DNA of 32,000 nucleotides from Propionibacteriaceae bacterium. Its GTDB lineage: Bacteria; Actinomycetota; Actinomycetes; Propionibacteriales; Propionibacteriaceae. How positions within the stretch are numbered: position 1 is the stretch's first letter; every line of letters starts with the position of its first letter. The notes below the pieces were generated by a model. That model had not been told where the DNA came from. It worked only from the letters and a program-made list of their open reading frames with translations, and ran no database searches. Made by a program: the position numbers and the translations under genes. This document shows, one piece after another, positions 16,309 through 25,647 of this stretch. The DNA lies in assembly GCA_031256725.1 (NCBI GenBank), contig JAIRQE010000011.1, forward strand, positions 1 through 32,000, given 5' to 3'.

Positions 16309-17044
16309 ACAAGGATCAGCCGAGGGCGTACGTCTACAGAAGGTGATTGCTGCTGCTGGGTTGGCATCTCGGCGTGAGGCCGAGGAAATGATTGTTGATG
16401 GCCGAATCGAGGTCAATGGTCGTCTTGTGACAGAACTGGGTACACGGGTCAATCCTGAACGGGATCATATTCGACTTGATGGTGCCAGGATCCCTCCCCA
16501 GCGTCACCACGTGTACCTCGCACTCAACAAACCCAAAGGAGTGGTCTCCACCATGGAGGACCCTCAAGGTCGACCCACCTTGACTGACTATCTTCCACGC
16601 AAATCCACAAGACTGTTCCATGTTGGTCGCTTGGATGTGGAAACCGAGGGGCTCATCATCTTGACCAATGATGGTGATTTTGCACAGAGGCTCAGCCATC
16701 CCTCCTTCGAGATCGACAAGGTCTATTTAGTGGAAGTTGATGGGGTCATGGACAATCATGGGCTCAAGAGACTCAGCAAAGGGGTGACCCTTGACGATGG
16801 GTTTATCAAGGCTGACAAGGTGAAACTCGTGAGCAGGTCGGGGTCGAAAACCCTCATTGAGGTGAGTTTGCATTCCGGGAGAAACAGGGTCGTACGTCGG
16901 ATGATGGATACAGTGGGCTACCCCGTATCTCGCCTAGCCCGAATCAGGATTGGCCCCATTCGGTTGGGGAATCTCCCCAGCGGGCAAACCCGTCCACTGT
17001 CATTAGGGGAGATCGGGTCCCTCTACGATAAAGCCGGATTGTGA
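16301..17044 (+). CDS. rluB: Pseudouridine synthase, RsuA/RluB family
   Basis: S4 domain RLQKVIAAAGLASRREAEEMIVDGRIEVNG and catalytic motif HVGRLDVETEGLIILTNDG. ATG 16301 overlaps the scpB end by 8 nt. The track's start at 16232 adds an implausible Arg-rich extension. Confidence 0.85.
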   Translation: MSEQGSAEGVRLQKVIAAAGLASRREAEEMIVDGRIEVNGRLVTELGTRVNPERDHIRLDGARIPPQRHHVYLALNKPKGVVSTMEDPQGRPTLTDYLPRKSTRLFHVGRLDVETEGLIILTNDGDFAQRLSHPSFEIDKVYLVEVDGVMDNHGLKRLSKGVTLDDGFIKADKVKLVSRSGSKTLIEVSLHSGRNRVVRRMMDTVGYPVSRLARIRIGPIRLGNLPSGQTRPLSLGEIGSLYDKAGL

Positions 17045-17124
17045 AGTGGAGATGGCATCGTTTAACGTATTGCGGAGCCATCCTTGTAGAATAGGCCGAG
17101 TGTGCCCACCGGGGTGCGAGAAAG

Positions 17125-18111
17125 ATGGGTGAAGATATGGCGAGGAAACTGGCGAGCCAAATCATTGGATGCATCATGGTTGTGGGATTAAGCTTCGGCA
17201 TGGTCTCTTGTTCGACCCCCGAGGATCCAGAAACCCCTGACACCGAACAACCAACACACAATGAGCCCCTTCCCTCAACAACCATTGATGGTATCGAGGT
17301 CACAGGTGCCTTTGGTGAGGAACCGACTGTAGTTGTCCCTGAGGGCTGGTCGATCACCTCAACACAGGCCCAGATCATCACCCAAGGTGATGGCCCGGCT
17401 GCTTTTGTCACCGGATTGATTCAGGCCAACTATGTTGGGATCAACGGTCGTACAGGCGAAATCTTCGACTCGTCCTGGGAACGTGGAGCCCCTGTCACCT
17501 TCGCACTGAATCAGGTCGTCCCTGGATTCCAGAAGGGTTTGAATGGCCAGAAGGTCGGTACGCGTGTCCTCATCGCCATGCCTGGTGCTGACGGGTACGA
17601 CGCTAATGGTGGGCAGGAGAGTGCCGGTATTGAGATCGGTGATACTCTCGTCTTTCTCGTCGACATCCTCAAGGCCCAATACCCTGAACCAACAGGTACG
17701 CAGATCCCAGCCAATGATCCACAGATGCCAACAGTAACGGGTCCGCTTGATGCCCCCGAGGTCACGATTCCTCAAGGAGTGGAAGCTCCCACTGAGTTGA
17801 AGGTACAGGTCCTCGTTGAGGGTGATGGTCCTGAGATCACAGCTATGGACACTATGGCTGTGAATTACGCCGAATATCTGTGGACTGGAACCATGATCCG
17901 TCAGACCTATGGTTTTGAGCCACTTATGGGTTACCTCATGGGTACGATCCCCGGCTGGCAGGAGGGCCTTGTGGGCCTTAATGTTGGGTCACGAGTTCTC
18001 CTCGTTGTACCTCCAGAGTTGGGCTATCCTGAAGGCAATCCTAAGATTGGTATCCCTGAAGGATCGACCTCCGTCTTCGTGATCGACATCCTCTATTCAG
18101 CTCAGGGTTAA
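17125..18111 (+). CDS. Secreted, probably lipoprotein, FKBP-type peptidyl-prolyl isomerase with two FKBP domains
   Basis: Signal sequence ending FGMVS-C. Two FKBP_C-like modules: YVGINGRTGEIFDSSWERGAPVTFALNQVVPGFQKGLNGQKVGTRVLIAMP...LVFLVDIL, and NYAEYLW...GTIPGWQEGLVGLNVGSRVLLVVPPELGY...SVFVIDIL. ATG 17137 is an alternative start. Confidence 0.8.
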   Translation: MGEDMARKLASQIIGCIMVVGLSFGMVSCSTPEDPETPDTEQPTHNEPLPSTTIDGIEVTGAFGEEPTVVVPEGWSITSTQAQIITQGDGPAAFVTGLIQANYVGINGRTGEIFDSSWERGAPVTFALNQVVPGFQKGLNGQKVGTRVLIAMPGADGYDANGGQESAGIEIGDTLVFLVDILKAQYPEPTGTQIPANDPQMPTVTGPLDAPEVTIPQGVEAPTELKVQVLVEGDGPEITAMDTMAVNYAEYLWTGTMIRQTYGFEPLMGYLMGTIPGWQEGLVGLNVGSRVLLVVPPELGYPEGNPKIGIPEGSTSVFVIDILYSAQG

Positions 18112-19025
18112 GCCCACGTCATTGGATCAACCAACCAGGGTTCTTTCGGAAGTACAACGGGATCAAATCGATCCACCAACTGGTCAAGGCCGACGGACTC
18201 ATCCTCAGTTGCCAGATTCAGGGATTGAGCTAGGTGGTTGAGGATCACTTGGGTGGATATGCCTTTCTTGCGTAGTCTCCCCAGGGACACTGCCTTGTCT
18301 CTTTTAGCCATACGGGTACCATCGCCTGAATAGACCAAGGGAACATGAAGGTATTCGGGTGGAGTGAACCCCAATTGGGTGGCAAGCCATGCTTGGCGTG
18401 GGGCTGATTCGAGGAGATCATCCCCGCGTACGACCTGATCCACGAACTGGAGTCCATCGTCAACAACCACGGCAAAGGTGTAGGAGAAGACCCCATCTGC
18501 GCGGCGTACCACAAAATCATCGACCTCATCGCTGTGGTGACCATGAAGAAGATCAGTGACCCCCACCACTGTTGAGGAGGCGTTGATCCGAAGTGCTGGT
18601 GGTCGTTCCCTTCTCAATGCTGTGCGTTCATGGGTGGACAGATTCCGACATGTGCCGGGATAACGGGGCAGAGTGCCGTGAGGGGCTGTACTGGCTTCAA
18701 GGATGTCTTTGCGTGAGCAATAACACTCATAAATGAGGGGTTCGAGTCGTGAAAGAGCCTGTTCATAGACCAGGCTACGATCCTGTTGGCGAAGTATTGG
18801 TCCATCATGGGTGAGACCCAGGTCGGTGAGATCCCTGAGCTGGTTGCATGTGATCTGGTCAGCATCCTTCATGCGTGGGCCATCAAGATCCTCGATTCTT
18901 ATGAGGAAATCTCGACTGGTCGAACGAGCCATTAGCCAGGCCACAAGTGCGGTTCTCAGGTTTCCAATGTGAAGATCCGAGGTCGGTGTTGGAGCGAAAC
19001 GTCCAGACATATGCAGTGGGTTCAC
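18108..19025 (-). CDS. gluQ: Glutamyl-Q tRNA(Asp) synthetase (truncated GluRS paralogue)
   Basis: GRFAPTPTSDLHIGNLRTALVAW (HIGH-type motif), IRIEDLD, and a MAKRDK KMSKS-like motif. At about 305 aa it lacks an anticodon-binding domain. The GTG start at 19025 is uncertain; ATG 19010 is an alternative. Confidence 0.8.
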   Translation of the reverse strand: MNPLHMSGRFAPTPTSDLHIGNLRTALVAWLMARSTSRDFLIRIEDLDGPRMKDADQITCNQLRDLTDLGLTHDGPILRQQDRSLVYEQALSRLEPLIYECYCSRKDILEASTAPHGTLPRYPGTCRNLSTHERTALRRERPPALRINASSTVVGVTDLLHGHHSDEVDDFVVRRADGVFSYTFAVVVDDGLQFVDQVVRGDDLLESAPRQAWLATQLGFTPPEYLHVPLVYSGDGTRMAKRDKAVSLGRLRKKGISTQVILNHLAQSLNLATEDESVGLDQLVDRFDPVVLPKEPWLVDPMTWA

Positions 19026-19088
19026 ACTCCTTAAGTCGATGGGTGAACTAGACTACACAACATCGGTACCCAGTATGGGAGGGATGAT

Positions 19089-20054
19089 ATGGCGCCAGCA
19101 GTTTCGGAAAGAATCCTCAATCTGATGATAGCCCTGCTCGTTACCAAGAGACTCATTTCTCGCAGGGAGATCTTCCAACGTGTCTCAGGATATCTCGCTA
19201 TTGATCAAGACCGTGATGTGATCACAGAGGACCCAGCTGCTGATCGGAAATTCCAAAGGGATCTTGAGAATCTCCAACAGATGGGAATTGAGGTCATCAA
19301 AGGTACGATCCAGGATGCCAATCAAGACGTGGGTGGGTACAGAATCGATCCAGGATCCTTCTATCTGCCAGACATCCACCTCACACCGCGAGAAGCCATG
19401 GTGGCAGCAATGGCCTCATCGGCATGGTCGGAAGCAAGCCTCGCCTCAGGGGTGGGGACTGCTGTTAGGAAACTGCATACCCTAGGGGAGGAAACCAGTG
19501 GAGGCCAGTCCTATTTCCTGACACCACGACTGAGGGCGGCTGAGCCTGGGCTAGCCCAACTGTGGGAGGGGTTCACAACACAGTCGACGGTGGAGTTCAC
19601 CTACAACTCACGGGTACGACGGGTCAACATCTGGAGGATGATTGGACGATCGGGTGCGTGGTACGTCTTAGGTGAGAGTGTGGGTGAGGGGCCGAAGATT
19701 TTCAAGGTCGCCCGAATTGAGGACACTACACGTGTACTGCCCACTCCCCAAGGTTATGAAACCCCCGATCAAGCAGTGATTTCTCGTGAAGCTGAGTCCT
19801 TGAATCCGCCGCCGGATTCTTCGGTTCTGGTCGCTATTCGAGTCTCGACCACAGGAGTACTACGCAAACGGGGGACACCTGTGGACAGTGATGGTCCTGA
19901 GGGGTTCGATGTGTACAGGATTCCCTATGCCCGTGTCGATGAAATTGTCTTCGCGATCTGCGCCTCAGGCCCAGATGTCCTAGTTCTGGAGGAAGGGGAG
20001 GTACGTGATCGTGTCATAGCTCAACTCCAATTCATTGCAGGAGGTCAGTCATGA
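19089..20054 (+). CDS. pafB: PafB-like HTH/WYL-domain transcriptional regulator
   Basis: N-terminal winged HTH (ERILNLMIALLVTKRLISRREIFQRVSGY). WYL-domain core GAWYVLGES...IFKVARIE (WYV at 19659-19667). ATGA overlap with the paralogous downstream gene. Confidence 0.8.
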   Translation: MAPAVSERILNLMIALLVTKRLISRREIFQRVSGYLAIDQDRDVITEDPAADRKFQRDLENLQQMGIEVIKGTIQDANQDVGGYRIDPGSFYLPDIHLTPREAMVAAMASSAWSEASLASGVGTAVRKLHTLGEETSGGQSYFLTPRLRAAEPGLAQLWEGFTTQSTVEFTYNSRVRRVNIWRMIGRSGAWYVLGESVGEGPKIFKVARIEDTTRVLPTPQGYETPDQAVISREAESLNPPPDSSVLVAIRVSTTGVLRKRGTPVDSDGPEGFDVYRIPYARVDEIVFAICASGPDVLVLEEGEVRDRVIAQLQFIAGGQS

Positions 20055-20995
20055 GCCGATCCATTGAACAGGTGGCGCGCCTGCTTGTTGAGATCCCTTA
20101 TATCCAAGCCCGCCCAGGAGTGAAACTATCCCAGATTGCCCGTACCCTGTCGATCACGGAGGCTCAGGTGGTAGCCGACCTTGAAGTCGCTCGATGGTGT
20201 GGGTTGCCTGGAGGGTACTCTGAGGAGCTTATCAACATCGACTATGACATTGTTCACGGTGAGAAGGCTGTCCACATTCACAATCCCACAGGCCTTGATC
20301 GACCCATGAAGCTCACCATTGTTGAGGCTGCAAGTCTGCGCTTGGCACTGATGGCCTTAAGGGATCTCGTCGAAAAAGACCTCGTGGGTACCATTGACTC
20401 TCTTCTGGAGAAGATACTCCTTCCAGCCCATATGAGTGTGGATCTTCACCTATCAGGAGGAGACCAAGATATCCGTGACCGTGTACAACATGCCATTCAC
20501 AATGCTGAACGCCTGGAATTGGCCTATGCAGGTTCCAAGAGTGGGAAGAATAGTACCCCTGTGATCGACCCCGTGGGTGTACGCGTCCTTGAAGGGAAGT
20601 CCTATCTTGTTGCCTATCGCGTCGATAGTGATCCAGGGTGGCGCCACTATCGCTTCGACCGTATTCTTGAGGCTCGCCCCACGGGTGAGGCAACCTTTGG
20701 ACATGGGGATCCACCATCCCCAGATGATTGGGCTAAGAATCTTGCTTCCAGCGAATCAGCTACCCTGGTCGTCACCAAAGAAGGCAGATGGATTCAGGAG
20801 TACTATCCCACAATCTCAGTTGTTGACTGTGACAATGATCTTACCCGTATCACGATCCCAGTCATGGAACAGGCATGGCTTTTGAGGCTCATCCTTGGGT
20901 TGGGGGAACGTATCACATGTGTTGAACCTTCGATCTATCGTGATGCGGCTCGCAGTCTAGCTCAACAGGCACTCGACGCCTATGATGACTTGTGA
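20051..20995 (+). CDS. pafC: PafC-like HTH/WYL-domain transcriptional regulator
   Basis: VARLLVEIPYIQARPGVKLSQIARTLSITEAQVVADLEVARWCGLPG is the PafC-type N-terminus. WYL-like core KSYLVAYRVDSDPGWRHYRFDRILEARP. Confidence 0.8.
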   Translation: MSRSIEQVARLLVEIPYIQARPGVKLSQIARTLSITEAQVVADLEVARWCGLPGGYSEELINIDYDIVHGEKAVHIHNPTGLDRPMKLTIVEAASLRLALMALRDLVEKDLVGTIDSLLEKILLPAHMSVDLHLSGGDQDIRDRVQHAIHNAERLELAYAGSKSGKNSTPVIDPVGVRVLEGKSYLVAYRVDSDPGWRHYRFDRILEARPTGEATFGHGDPPSPDDWAKNLASSESATLVVTKEGRWIQEYYPTISVVDCDNDLTRITIPVMEQAWLLRLILGLGERITCVEPSIYRDAARSLAQQALDAYDDL

Positions 20996-21121
20996 CCTAG
21001 GAGCCGTAACGGTCATCCATCCTTCAGTATGAGACAACGTACAAGGTTCGGCTAACTAAGGGATTGATGGCTGTAGTACGATCAGGACCATAAACGTGTG
21101 GGTTCGACAGAAGGAATGAAC

Positions 21122-22087
21122 ATGCGCATTGACAATGCCACGACTACCTTAGTCGTCAACCCGACCGCTGGACGCGGTAAAGCATTGAAGATCCTTCCCA
21201 AGGTTCTCAACGAATTACTGCGCGGATTACCTGAAGGCAGTCTCAAGGTTCGCCAAGCGAATACCTACCAAGAGGCTCAGCAATTCTGCAAAGAGGCCGT
21301 CGACAAAGCGCGGGTGAGTACAGACACTCGAGACTGTCTGGTGGTCATGGGTGGGGATGGCATCATGCACCTGGGGATCAATGCCGCTGGGGGTACCGGA
21401 GTTCCCCTTGGGATGATTCCCGCTGGTACAGGAAATGATATGTGTCGAAGTGTGGGAATCCCTTTGGACCCAGTCAAAGCAGCTCATGTCATCGTTGAAG
21501 GCCACCTCCTCCACATGGACCTCATCTCTGTTGTCGGCAAACTTGCCCACGGTGGTACCCAAAGATATGTGGGTACGGTCGTTGCCACCGGGTACGATGC
21601 CCGAGTCGGACGTCGTGGAGCCCTGATGTCGAAGGCCTGGGGGAGTCTCGCCTATGGTGCCGCAGCTCTGGCCGAATTGAGGGCCTTCGAACCGGTGACC
21701 TACAGGATCAGGGTCGATGGGCAGGAAAGGGTACTCCCAGCGATGTTCATCGCAGTAGCCAATGGTGGGTACTATGGCGGAGGAATGCATGTTGCACCTA
21801 CAGCATCAGTGTCCGATGGAGTCCTCGACATCACGATCGCTCATCCTGTGTCATCAATGACTTTGCTGCGCCTACTCCCACGAATGTTCAACGGGTCCTT
21901 TGTTTCCGATCCGGCAATTGAGCGCCTCACCGCTAAAGAAATCATGATTGATGGTGATGGCCTCATCGGTATGGCTGATGGTGAAGCCCTCGGTCAGCCT
22001 CCCTTGGGTGTGACTGTCGAAGCGGGCGCATTGCCAGTGTTCATCCCCAATCCTGACCCGCTCACCAAGCGTAGAGGAAAGAAATAG
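21122..22087 (+). CDS. Diacylglycerol kinase-family lipid kinase (DagK/YegS-like)
   Basis: LVVNPTAGRGKA, VVMGGDGIMHLGINAA, and LGMIPAGTGNDMCRSVGIP are DAGK catalytic-domain motifs. ATG 21122 (AGAAGGA lies 6 nt upstream) is preferred over the track's GTG 21098. Confidence 0.85.
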   Translation: MRIDNATTTLVVNPTAGRGKALKILPKVLNELLRGLPEGSLKVRQANTYQEAQQFCKEAVDKARVSTDTRDCLVVMGGDGIMHLGINAAGGTGVPLGMIPAGTGNDMCRSVGIPLDPVKAAHVIVEGHLLHMDLISVVGKLAHGGTQRYVGTVVATGYDARVGRRGALMSKAWGSLAYGAAALAELRAFEPVTYRIRVDGQERVLPAMFIAVANGGYYGGGMHVAPTASVSDGVLDITIAHPVSSMTLLRLLPRMFNGSFVSDPAIERLTAKEIMIDGDGLIGMADGEALGQPPLGVTVEAGALPVFIPNPDPLTKRRGKK

Positions 22088-24204
22088 TGTCTCTGGCAGA
22101 GTTTTCTGCTCAACTCGGCTTCGCCTTAGATGACTACCAGATCCAGGCCTGTCACCATCTGGAGGAGGGGTCTGGGGTACTTGTGGCGGCCCCCACAGGT
22201 GCTGGGAAGACGGTTGTTGGTGAGTTCGCTGTACACCTGGCTGTGAAGGCCGGTACGAAATGCTTCTACACCACCCCCATCAAGGCTCTATCCAACCAGA
22301 AGTTCCATGATCTTGTTGAGGTTTATGGGCTTGAGAAGGTTGGCCTGCTGACTGGGGATCAGGTGGTGAACTCTGAGGCTGATATTGCTGTGATGACCAC
22401 TGAGGTACTGCGCAACATGATTTACGCTGGATCTCCTACTCTGGAAGGCCTTGAGTTCGTTGTCATGGACGAGGTCCATTACCTCTCTGATTCTTTCCGA
22501 GGCCCAGTATGGGAGGAAGTCATCCTTGGCCTGGATCTCGGGGTCAAGATCGTGGGTCTGTCCGCAACCGTCAGCAATGTGGAAGAGTTCGGCGCCTGGA
22601 TGGAGAAGGTACGCGGGGACATCGCCACCGTGGTTTCTGAACGCCGCCCTGTGCCGTTATTTCAGCATGTCTTCGCAGGGAAACGCCTCGTTGATCTTTA
22701 TGAGGGTCAGGCCCCAACTGCTGGGGGAAGTTCCCCACGGGTGAATCCTGAGTTGACGCGTCTGGCATCCACAGAGAACAAGACCATGAGGGATGATTCC
22801 AGGCAGATGAGGGGTCGGTCTGGGAAGGGGAAACGGGGCACACAGTCTGGGCTTGGTGGTCGAGCTCACGGACGGTTCGCCTCAAAATCCCACTTGGTGC
22901 CCCGTCGAGTTGCTGTCATCACCGAATTGGATCGCCTGGATTTGCTGCCCGCGATCTACTTCATTTTCTCCCGTCAAGGATGCGATCAGGCTGTGAGCCG
23001 TCTCGTCAATGATGGGGTGTGGCTCACGCGGGCCTCGGAGAGGGATCAGCTTCGTGAGATTGCCTCCCGACATATCACAGGCTTGGATGAGGATGATTTG
23101 GAGGCTCTGAGGTACAGATCCTGGTTGGAGGCCTTTACGCGTGGGATAGCGGCCCATCATGCTGGGTTGCTGCCCATGTTCAAGACGGCCATAGAGGAAG
23201 CCTTCTCTTTAGGGTTGGTCAAGGTGGTCTTCGCCACAGAAACCCTGGCTTTGGGTATCAACATGCCTGCGCGTACGGTTGTCCTCGACAAGTTGGTGAA
23301 GTACAACGGCGCCTCCCATGCGGACATCACACCTGGGGAGTACACCCAGTTGACTGGTCGAGCTGGTAGGCGTGGGATCGACATTGAGGGACACGCAGTT
23401 GTGACCTGGCAGGCTGGCCTTGATCCTCGTGCTTTGGCAGGTCTGGCATCGAGACGTACCTATCCACTGCGGTCGGCATTCACCCCGACCTATAACATGG
23501 CTGTGAACCTGATTGCTTCAGTTGGGGTTGATCGTGCTAAGAAGATCCTTCAAGATAGTCTGGCTCAATTCCATTCCGATTATGCCCAGGCTGCCAATAC
23601 CAAGAAGGCCCGCTCACATAGGTTGGTGGACAAGTTTGAATCCATCTGTTTGGTCCTGGAATCCTTCGGTTACGTTAATTCTCAACCTCTTCAGGTGACG
23701 GATACGGGGATGATGCTGTCTCGACTCTATGGTGTCCATGATCTGCTCATCGCTGAATCCATTCAAGCCGGAATCTTCGATTCACTCGATGTGGAATCCC
23801 TGGCTGCAACCCTGTCCACTCTGGTTTATGAATCCCGACTCACAGATAGAAGGGCTGATCCCAGAATGCCAACCCGTGAGTCAGCTTCTGCTGTTGAAGC
23901 CATGCGAAAGCTCTGGCGTCAACTTCACTTGACTGAACGTGATCATCGACTGGAATCCTCTCCTGCCTTGGATCTGGGTTTCGCCCGATCCGCTCATGCC
24001 TGGGCCTCAGGTGCCACCCTCGCTGAGATCGTTGACATCTCTGGGTTGGCTGCAGGGGACTTCGTGCGTTGGGTACGCCAATGTGTGGATTGCGCTGGTC
24101 AAATCGCTGATGCCACCAGAGGTAGTGCATTGGCTGGGAAATGCCGCGACCTCATAGCCATCATGAGACGTGGAGTCGTCGACGTGGACATGACCGCAGA
24201 CTAG
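22087..24204 (+). CDS. helY: Ski2-like DEAD/DEAH-box RNA helicase HelY
   Basis: [11 protein letters not shown]...[17 protein letters not shown] (motif I), [19 protein letters not shown] (motif II), LSAT (motif III), HHAGLLP, and [12 protein letters not shown] (motif VI). There is also a C-terminal DSHCT-like region ([12 protein letters not shown]...GDFVRWVRQ). The GTG start overlaps the lipid-kinase stop by 1 nt (TAGTG). Confidence 0.85.
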   Translation: MSLAEFSAQLGFALDDYQIQACHHLEEGSGVLVAAPTGAGKTVVGEFAVHLAVKAGTKCFYTTPIKALSNQKFHDLVEVYGLEKVGLLTGDQVVNSEADIAVMTTEVLRNMIYAGSPTLEGLEFVVMDEVHYLSDSFRGPVWEEVILGLDLGVKIVGLSATVSNVEEFGAWMEKVRGDIATVVSERRPVPLFQHVFAGKRLVDLYEGQAPTAGGSSPRVNPELTRLASTENKTMRDDSRQMRGRSGKGKRGTQSGLGGRAHGRFASKSHLVPRRVAVITELDRLDLLPAIYFIFSRQGCDQAVSRLVNDGVWLTRASERDQLREIASRHITGLDEDDLEALRYRSWLEAFTRGIAAHHAGLLPMFKTAIEEAFSLGLVKVVFATETLALGINMPARTVVLDKLVKYNGASHADITPGEYTQLTGRAGRRGIDIEGHAVVTWQAGLDPRALAGLASRRTYPLRSAFTPTYNMAVNLIASVGVDRAKKILQDSLAQFHSDYAQAANTKKARSHRLVDKFESICLVLESFGYVNSQPLQVTDTGMMLSRLYGVHDLLIAESIQAGIFDSLDVESLAATLSTLVYESRLTDRRADPRMPTRESASAVEAMRKLWRQLHLTERDHRLESSPALDLGFARSAHAWASGATLAEIVDISGLAAGDFVRWVRQCVDCAGQIADATRGSALAGKCRDLIAIMRRGVVDVDMTAD

Positions 24205-24218
24205 ATAGAGTTAGTACC

Positions 24219-24992
24219 ATGTCTGTGGCTATTCGTGTGATTCCTTGCCTTGATGTTGATGCTGGTCGAGTGGTGAAGGGGGTCAACTTCCAGAACCTTC
24301 GTGATGCTGGTGACCCTGTGGAACTCGGGCGGGCCTATGGTCAACAGGGGGCCGATGAGTTAACCTTCCTCGATATTTCCGCCTCTGTCAAAGGGCGCGC
24401 TACGACACACAAGGTGGTCACCGCAACGGCCGAAACGGTCTTCATTCCCCTGACCGTGGGTGGGGGAGTACGTACGGTCGATGATGTGGATGCGCTGCTT
24501 CGTGCTGGTGCTGACAAAGTGGGAATCAATACCGCAGCCATCGCGAACCCCGACCTGATCAACGACACTGTTGCCCGTTTCGGTAACCAGGTGCTTGTTC
24601 TCAGTGTGGATGCCCGCCGAGAAATGGGGATGCCGTCAGGTTTTGGTGTGACCACCCACGGAGGTCGCCGCAGTGCAGGATTGGATGCGATGGCATGGGT
24701 ACGTGAAGCTGCAGATCGTGGCGTGGGGGAGATCCTTCTCAACTCCATGGACGCCGATGGTACCGAAGCTGGATTCGATATAGAGATGATCCAGGCTGTA
24801 CGCGCGCTTGTGGATCTCCCACTGATTGCTTCAGGAGGTGCAGGAAAGGTCGAGGATTTCGTCCAGGCTGTCAGGGCCGGAGCCGATGCTGTCCTTGCTG
24901 CTAGTGTCTTCCACTTTGGTACCCTCACGGTGTCTGAAGTCAAGGATGCTTTACGCCAAGCTGGGTACCCTGTTCGTGGAGAGACCACCTGA
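24219..24992 (+). CDS. hisF: Imidazole glycerol phosphate synthase cyclase subunit
   Basis: [32 protein letters not shown]...[12 protein letters not shown]...TVGGGVR...[11 protein letters not shown]...ASGGAG. The start is moved to ATG 24219, because the track's 24141 start adds a His/Arg-rich extension overlapping helY. Confidence 0.9.
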   Translation: MSVAIRVIPCLDVDAGRVVKGVNFQNLRDAGDPVELGRAYGQQGADELTFLDISASVKGRATTHKVVTATAETVFIPLTVGGGVRTVDDVDALLRAGADKVGINTAAIANPDLINDTVARFGNQVLVLSVDARREMGMPSGFGVTTHGGRRSAGLDAMAWVREAADRGVGEILLNSMDADGTEAGFDIEMIQAVRALVDLPLIASGGAGKVEDFVQAVRAGADAVLAASVFHFGTLTVSEVKDALRQAGYPVRGETT

Positions 24993-25055
24993 GAATCTAT
25001 CTATACCTTGCCGAACCACTGTAAACTTCCTGAAACTAAGGAAATGAGAAACTAG

Positions 25056-25460
25056 ATGAGTGACTGCCTCTTTTGTCGGATTGTTGCTGGTGAGATTCCT
25101 GCGCGCATGGTCTACACCGATGATACCTGTATAGGTTTCTTGGATATCGCGCCCTATCACCGTGGACACTCTCTAGTTATTCCGCGCCGCCATATCGCAG
25201 ATGGTACCTGTGAGGCTGAGGCATGGAATGAGGTCGCTGCGGGCATCATCGCTGTCTCCAACCTTCTCAAAGAGAAATTGGGGGCAACCGGGGTCAACAT
25301 TTTGTCCAATGCGGGCTCTGTCTCAGGCCAAGAGATCTTCCATTTTCACGTACACATCCTTCCGCGCTATCCCAGCAACCCAGGGATGGGCGCTCTAGCC
25401 CAGCGTGACGTAGATGCCGACATGGATCTTGATGCTTTGTACGTCCAGATCATGGGTTGA
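25056..25460 (+). CDS. HIT-family (histidine triad) nucleotide hydrolase
   Basis: CLFCRIVAGEIPA...GHSLVIPRRH...IFHFHVHILPR (HxHxHxx triad). Confidence 0.9.
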   Translation: MSDCLFCRIVAGEIPARMVYTDDTCIGFLDIAPYHRGHSLVIPRRHIADGTCEAEAWNEVAAGIIAVSNLLKEKLGATGVNILSNAGSVSGQEIFHFHVHILPRYPSNPGMGALAQRDVDADMDLDALYVQIMG

Positions 25461-25583
25461 CCATGCCGATGGTGTCCATCATCTGAACCAAAGTTGACAC
25501 AGGTTGGTGGTCTTTGGAAGAGTATGGTTCGTGTTCAGACAGGTCGTAGTACTTTAGACAGCGCGTATAGCAATGTACGCGCA

Positions 25584-25616
25584 CCCTCGTATGCCAAATG
25601 GCAGCGGGGGTTTTTT
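25584..25616 (+). terminator. Intrinsic terminator in the ilvB leader (attenuator)
   Basis: CCCUCGU(A)UGCC [AAAU] GGCAGCGGGGG forms about 11 bp with one bulge, followed by T6 (25611-25616). It ends 19 nt upstream of the ilvB SD (AAAGGAG 25635-25641). A second hairpin, GCGCGTA/TACGCGC (25561-25582), abuts it. Confidence 0.6.
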
Positions 25617-25647
25617 GTTGGAGGACATCGAAAGAAAGGAGTCGGGT

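Noticed and set aside
19026-19088. A possible PafBC-type (RecA-NDp-like) promoter motif upstream of pafB (CATCGGTA ... TATGGG).
   Set aside because: The spacing is 5 nt rather than about 8, and the upstream box does not match the TGTCGGTG-N8-TANNNT motif as I recall it.
21227-21790. A 187-aa ORF antisense to the lipid kinase, and similar antisense ORFs at 13918..14418, 16334..16699, 16944..17411, 8064..8507 and 2390..2737.
   Set aside because: All are fully nested opposite genes with clear family motifs. None has recognisable domains or a ribosome-binding site.
24341-24988. A 215-aa ORF antisense to hisF.
   Set aside because: Ser/Ala/Arg/Thr/Pro-rich low-complexity translation opposite a canonical HisF. 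A typical antisense shadow frame.
25494-25528. TTGACA at 25494-25499 considered as the ilvB -35 element, paired with TATGGT at 25523-25528.
   Set aside because: The spacer would be 23 nt, too long for a sigma70-type promoter, and no TANNNT lies 16-19 nt downstream of TTGACA. The promoter is left uncalled.
25573-25647. N-terminal extension of ilvB from the track's ATG 25573 ([25 protein letters not shown]).
   Set aside because: The extension would be translated through a strong hairpin plus T6 terminator. The conserved IlvB N-terminus ([12 protein letters not shown]) begins at ATG 25648, behind AAAGGAG.
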